In this document: positions 61,256 through 64,000 of the stretch, piece after piece | Layout: the number at the start of each line of letters is the position of its first letter | Position numbering within the stretch: the first letter of the stretch is position 1 | Assembly: GCA_001643675.2 (NCBI GenBank) | Contig: LSRY02000018.1 | Span: forward strand, 1 to 64,000 | DNA from: Monocercomonoides exilis PA203 | Lineage: Eukaryota > Protista > Preaxostyla | DNA length: 64,000 nucleotides | Direction: 5' to 3' | Made by a program: the position numbers and the translations under genes | Notes under the pieces: generated by a model | What the model was told of the DNA's origin: nothing | The model's input: the letters and a program-made list of their open reading frames with translations, nothing else | Databases searched by the model: none

Positions 61256-64000
61256 AGAGGAAGAAGAAGAGGAAGAGGAAGAAGAAGAAGAAGAGGAAGA
61301 AGAAGAGGAAGAAGAAGAGGAGGAAGAAGAGGAATGAGAGGAAGAAGAAGAATGAAAAGGAAGAAGAAGAGGAAGAGAAGGAGGTGGGGGCAAGGAGAGG
61401 GAGGAGAAAGGGAGAGGGAGAAGAGAAGAAGAAGAAGAAGAAGAAGAAGAAGAAGAAGAAGAAGAAGAAGAAGAAGAAGAAGAAGAAGAAGAAGAAGCCG
61501 TTGAATGAAAAGGCAAAGAAGATAAAAGATTAGCAGATCTTATGATATTCTTCATGGAAGAAGAAGGAGAAGGAGAAGAAGATGAAATTTCATTGATGAA
61601 ATTTTCTTTCTCTTCTTTTTCATTTTTGTTTATTTTGATGAGAAGAAGATGTTTATGAGGGGAAAGAGAAGAAGAAGAAGAAAGGGAAGAAGAAGAAGAA
61701 AGGGAAGAAGAAGAAAGGGAGGAAGAAGAAGAGGAAGAAGAAGGAGAAGAAGAAGAAATATCAACAAAAGAAGAGGAAATAAAAGGAAGAAGAGAAGGTA
61801 GGAGAGGAATGGGATAAAGAGGATGCAGATCAACAAGAGGAAAAGAAGGTTTTTCTTGTTGTTGAGAAGAAGGAGAAGGAGAAGGAGAAGGAGAGGAAGA
61901 AGAGGAAGAGGAAGAAGAAAACAAAGAAGAGGAAGGGAAAGAAGAAGGGAAAGAAGAAGAAGAAGAAGAAGAAGAGGAGGAGGAGGAAGGAGAAAATGAA
62001 AATGAAAATGAAGAAGAATTTGAAGAGGAAGAAGAGTAGGAGGAAGAAGTTTGAGGGGCAGTATGATAAACAGAAAGAGAGCTAATGATTTGAGGGGTAG
62101 AAACAGCAGAAGAAGGGAAATGTGATTGAGATGGAGAAATTGAATGAACACGAGGAGAAGAGGAAGAGGAAGAAGAAGAGAAGGAAGAAGAAGGGGTAGA
62201 AGAAGAAGAAGAAGAAGAAGAAATGGAAGAAAGATGAGCAATTGGGAGAGAAGAAGCAGATGGAAGAGAAAGAGAAGGAGGAATAAACGAAGAATTAAAT
62301 GAAGCTCTTTTTGCATTTGAAAGTTTCAAATTTTGATTATTTGACATTATTTTCATGTCATTTTCAGTTTTCAACGAACTGTCATGTTCTACAATTCTTA
62401 TTTTAGCCATTTCATTTCCTTTTTCTAATTCATTATTAACATCATCACCTTTATCATCATCATCATCTTCTTCTTCTTCATCATATAAACCCGAAAAGTT
62501 ACCAGAAGAATTTAACTCATCCAAATTCCTGTCATTTTGCTCAGAAATGACAGGCAAATCAGAATTTGACATGAACGAAGGGAAATTCTGTGATGGCGAA
62601 GAAATCAATTCTTCTATTCTTCTATTGCCATCTTCTTCTTCATAATCTTCATCAATTTCTTCTTTTCTCCCTTCTTCTTCTTCATATTCTTCCTTCTCCT
62701 TCTCCTTCTCTATTTCTTTTTCTTTCTTCTTTTCCTTCTTCCTCTTCCAATTCATCTTATTCATTCCATTCACTTCTGACTCACTTTCTGTATCTGTTGC
62801 ATATGTAACATCATCCCCCAACTGCAACACCAAACTGCAATCCTTCTTTAATTGTGCAGATTTTGACATGTCTTGCATGTTTTGATGTTCCTGTTTAGGC
62901 ACTGGATACTTCATGTCACCGTCGCTCTCATAGCAGAGCTCGGAATCGTCAGCAGTGTTTTGATGTTCTTGTTTAAGCACTTCATGATTGTTACAATTAT
63001 CATTATCATAACTATTATTATTATTGTCATTAGTTTTATTATTCTTCTCTATGTTCTTATGCAATCCTTTCTTTTTCATAGAATGCATGCTTCTTTTGCC
63101 TGATGGATGATGACTAGAAGAAGAATTAGAAGAAGAAGAAGAAGAAGAATTTAAAGAAGAAGAATTTGAAGAGGAAGAAGAGGCAGAAGAAGCAGAATGA
63201 ACAAGATGATGTGAAATTTGTGTTGTTTTAGGGGAAAACTCATCAGAAGAAGAAGAAGAATTAGAATTATCACAAATATCAGTTGAATATCTTGTTAACG
63301 AAATCACTTGAACATTTAGAACATTATCATTCTTTTCTCCTTTTTCTTCTCTTTCTTCTTCTTTTATTTCTTTCATAATTTGATTGACTTCTCTTTCTTC
63401 CTCTTTCTTTCCTTCTTCTCTTTCTCTTTCTCCTCTTCTTTCTCCTTCTCTTCCTCCTTCTCCCTCTTTCCCATTCCCTTTCCCATTCATCCCCCCACTC
63501 AATGAAGAGCATCTATGAATCGAAGAGAAAGAAGGGTGATTTTTGAGAGAAGGGGCAATTTGAGAAGGAAGAGGAGAGGAAGAAGGAAGAAGAGAAGAAA
63601 GACACAAAGAAGAAGAGGAGAAAATGGATTGACGAGGAGAAAGAGAAGAGGAAGAGGAAGAAGAAGAAGAAGAAGAAGAAGAAGAGGAGGAGGAGGAGGA
63701 GGAAGAAGATGATGATGAAATTGAAGGTAAATAATGAGGTACAGAAGAAGAATGAGAAGAAGAAGAAGAAGAAGAGGAAGAAGAAGAGAAGGAAAGCAAA
63801 GGAAGTTGAGGGGTAGAAGCATAAATTGAACGTTTTTGAATGGAATTTTTGTGTTTGGAATGCAAGTTGTAATGCTGGTGATGATGTTGAGAAGAAGAAG
63901 GAGAAGAAGAAATGTGATGATGTTTATGTGAACGAGTTGAAGGAGAATGAGAATGCGAAACAGAAGAGGAAGAGGAAGAAGAAGAAGAAGAAGAAGAAGA
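54395..64000 (-). CDS. Very large class I 3',5'-cyclic nucleotide phosphodiesterase (5' end outside window)
   Basis: Uninterrupted frame >3150 aa; catalytic domain ~55850-54720: YHTSTHASDV, AACCHDLSHPGVSNAFL, VLENFH, ILATD, ADMGNQCRP, EFFSQGDRE, SQMGYIDF, NREFW. Confidence 0.93.

Noticed and set aside
1808-63822. Many poly-Leu, poly-Arg/Lys and poly-Glu ORFs in the track
   Set aside because: They are alternative-frame or antisense shadows of poly-Ser/Glu microsatellites and of the large real CDSs.
1-64000. Genome-wide TAR=Gln (Streblomastix-type) or all-stops-reassigned genetic code
   Set aside because: Intact genes end in TAA/TAG/TGA, >3000-codon ORFs contain no internal stops, and even the disrupted genes mostly use CAA/CAG for Gln.

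Overview
This is eukaryotic, AT-rich, intron-containing DNA with poly-Ser/Glu/Lys low-complexity proteins. I recognise its expanded gene families as typical of the oxymonad Monocercomonoides exilis or a close relative; this is inference from memory, not a database result. Apparently intact genes, all standard code: a 3020-aa beta-helix-repeat receptor pseudokinase, SRP54, a UAS-UBX (FAF2-like) protein, a beta-helix membrane protein, an XAF1/TRAFD1-like zinc-finger protein, an RGLG/copine-type vWA protein, two paralogues of an expanded helical family, an unknown multi-exon gene, an RRM+CCHC SR splicing factor and a very large class I cyclic-nucleotide phosphodiesterase that runs off the window. 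Two patterns are not explained by these genes. (1) The four gene-like loci in the first ~11.7 kb carry many in-frame TAA/TAG/TGA codons that mostly keep the frame and often sit in Gln-rich contexts. This suggests regional C-to-T hypermutation; recoding, RNA editing and assembly artefact are alternatives. (2) Intergenic arrays of unrelated palindromic/foldback modules abut at shared ATAT tetranucleotides (12.5-13.6 kb and 50.5-51.2 kb), suggesting an ATAT-targeting, self-nesting non-autonomous mobile element system. Exon boundaries were read by eye and gene starts are approximate.
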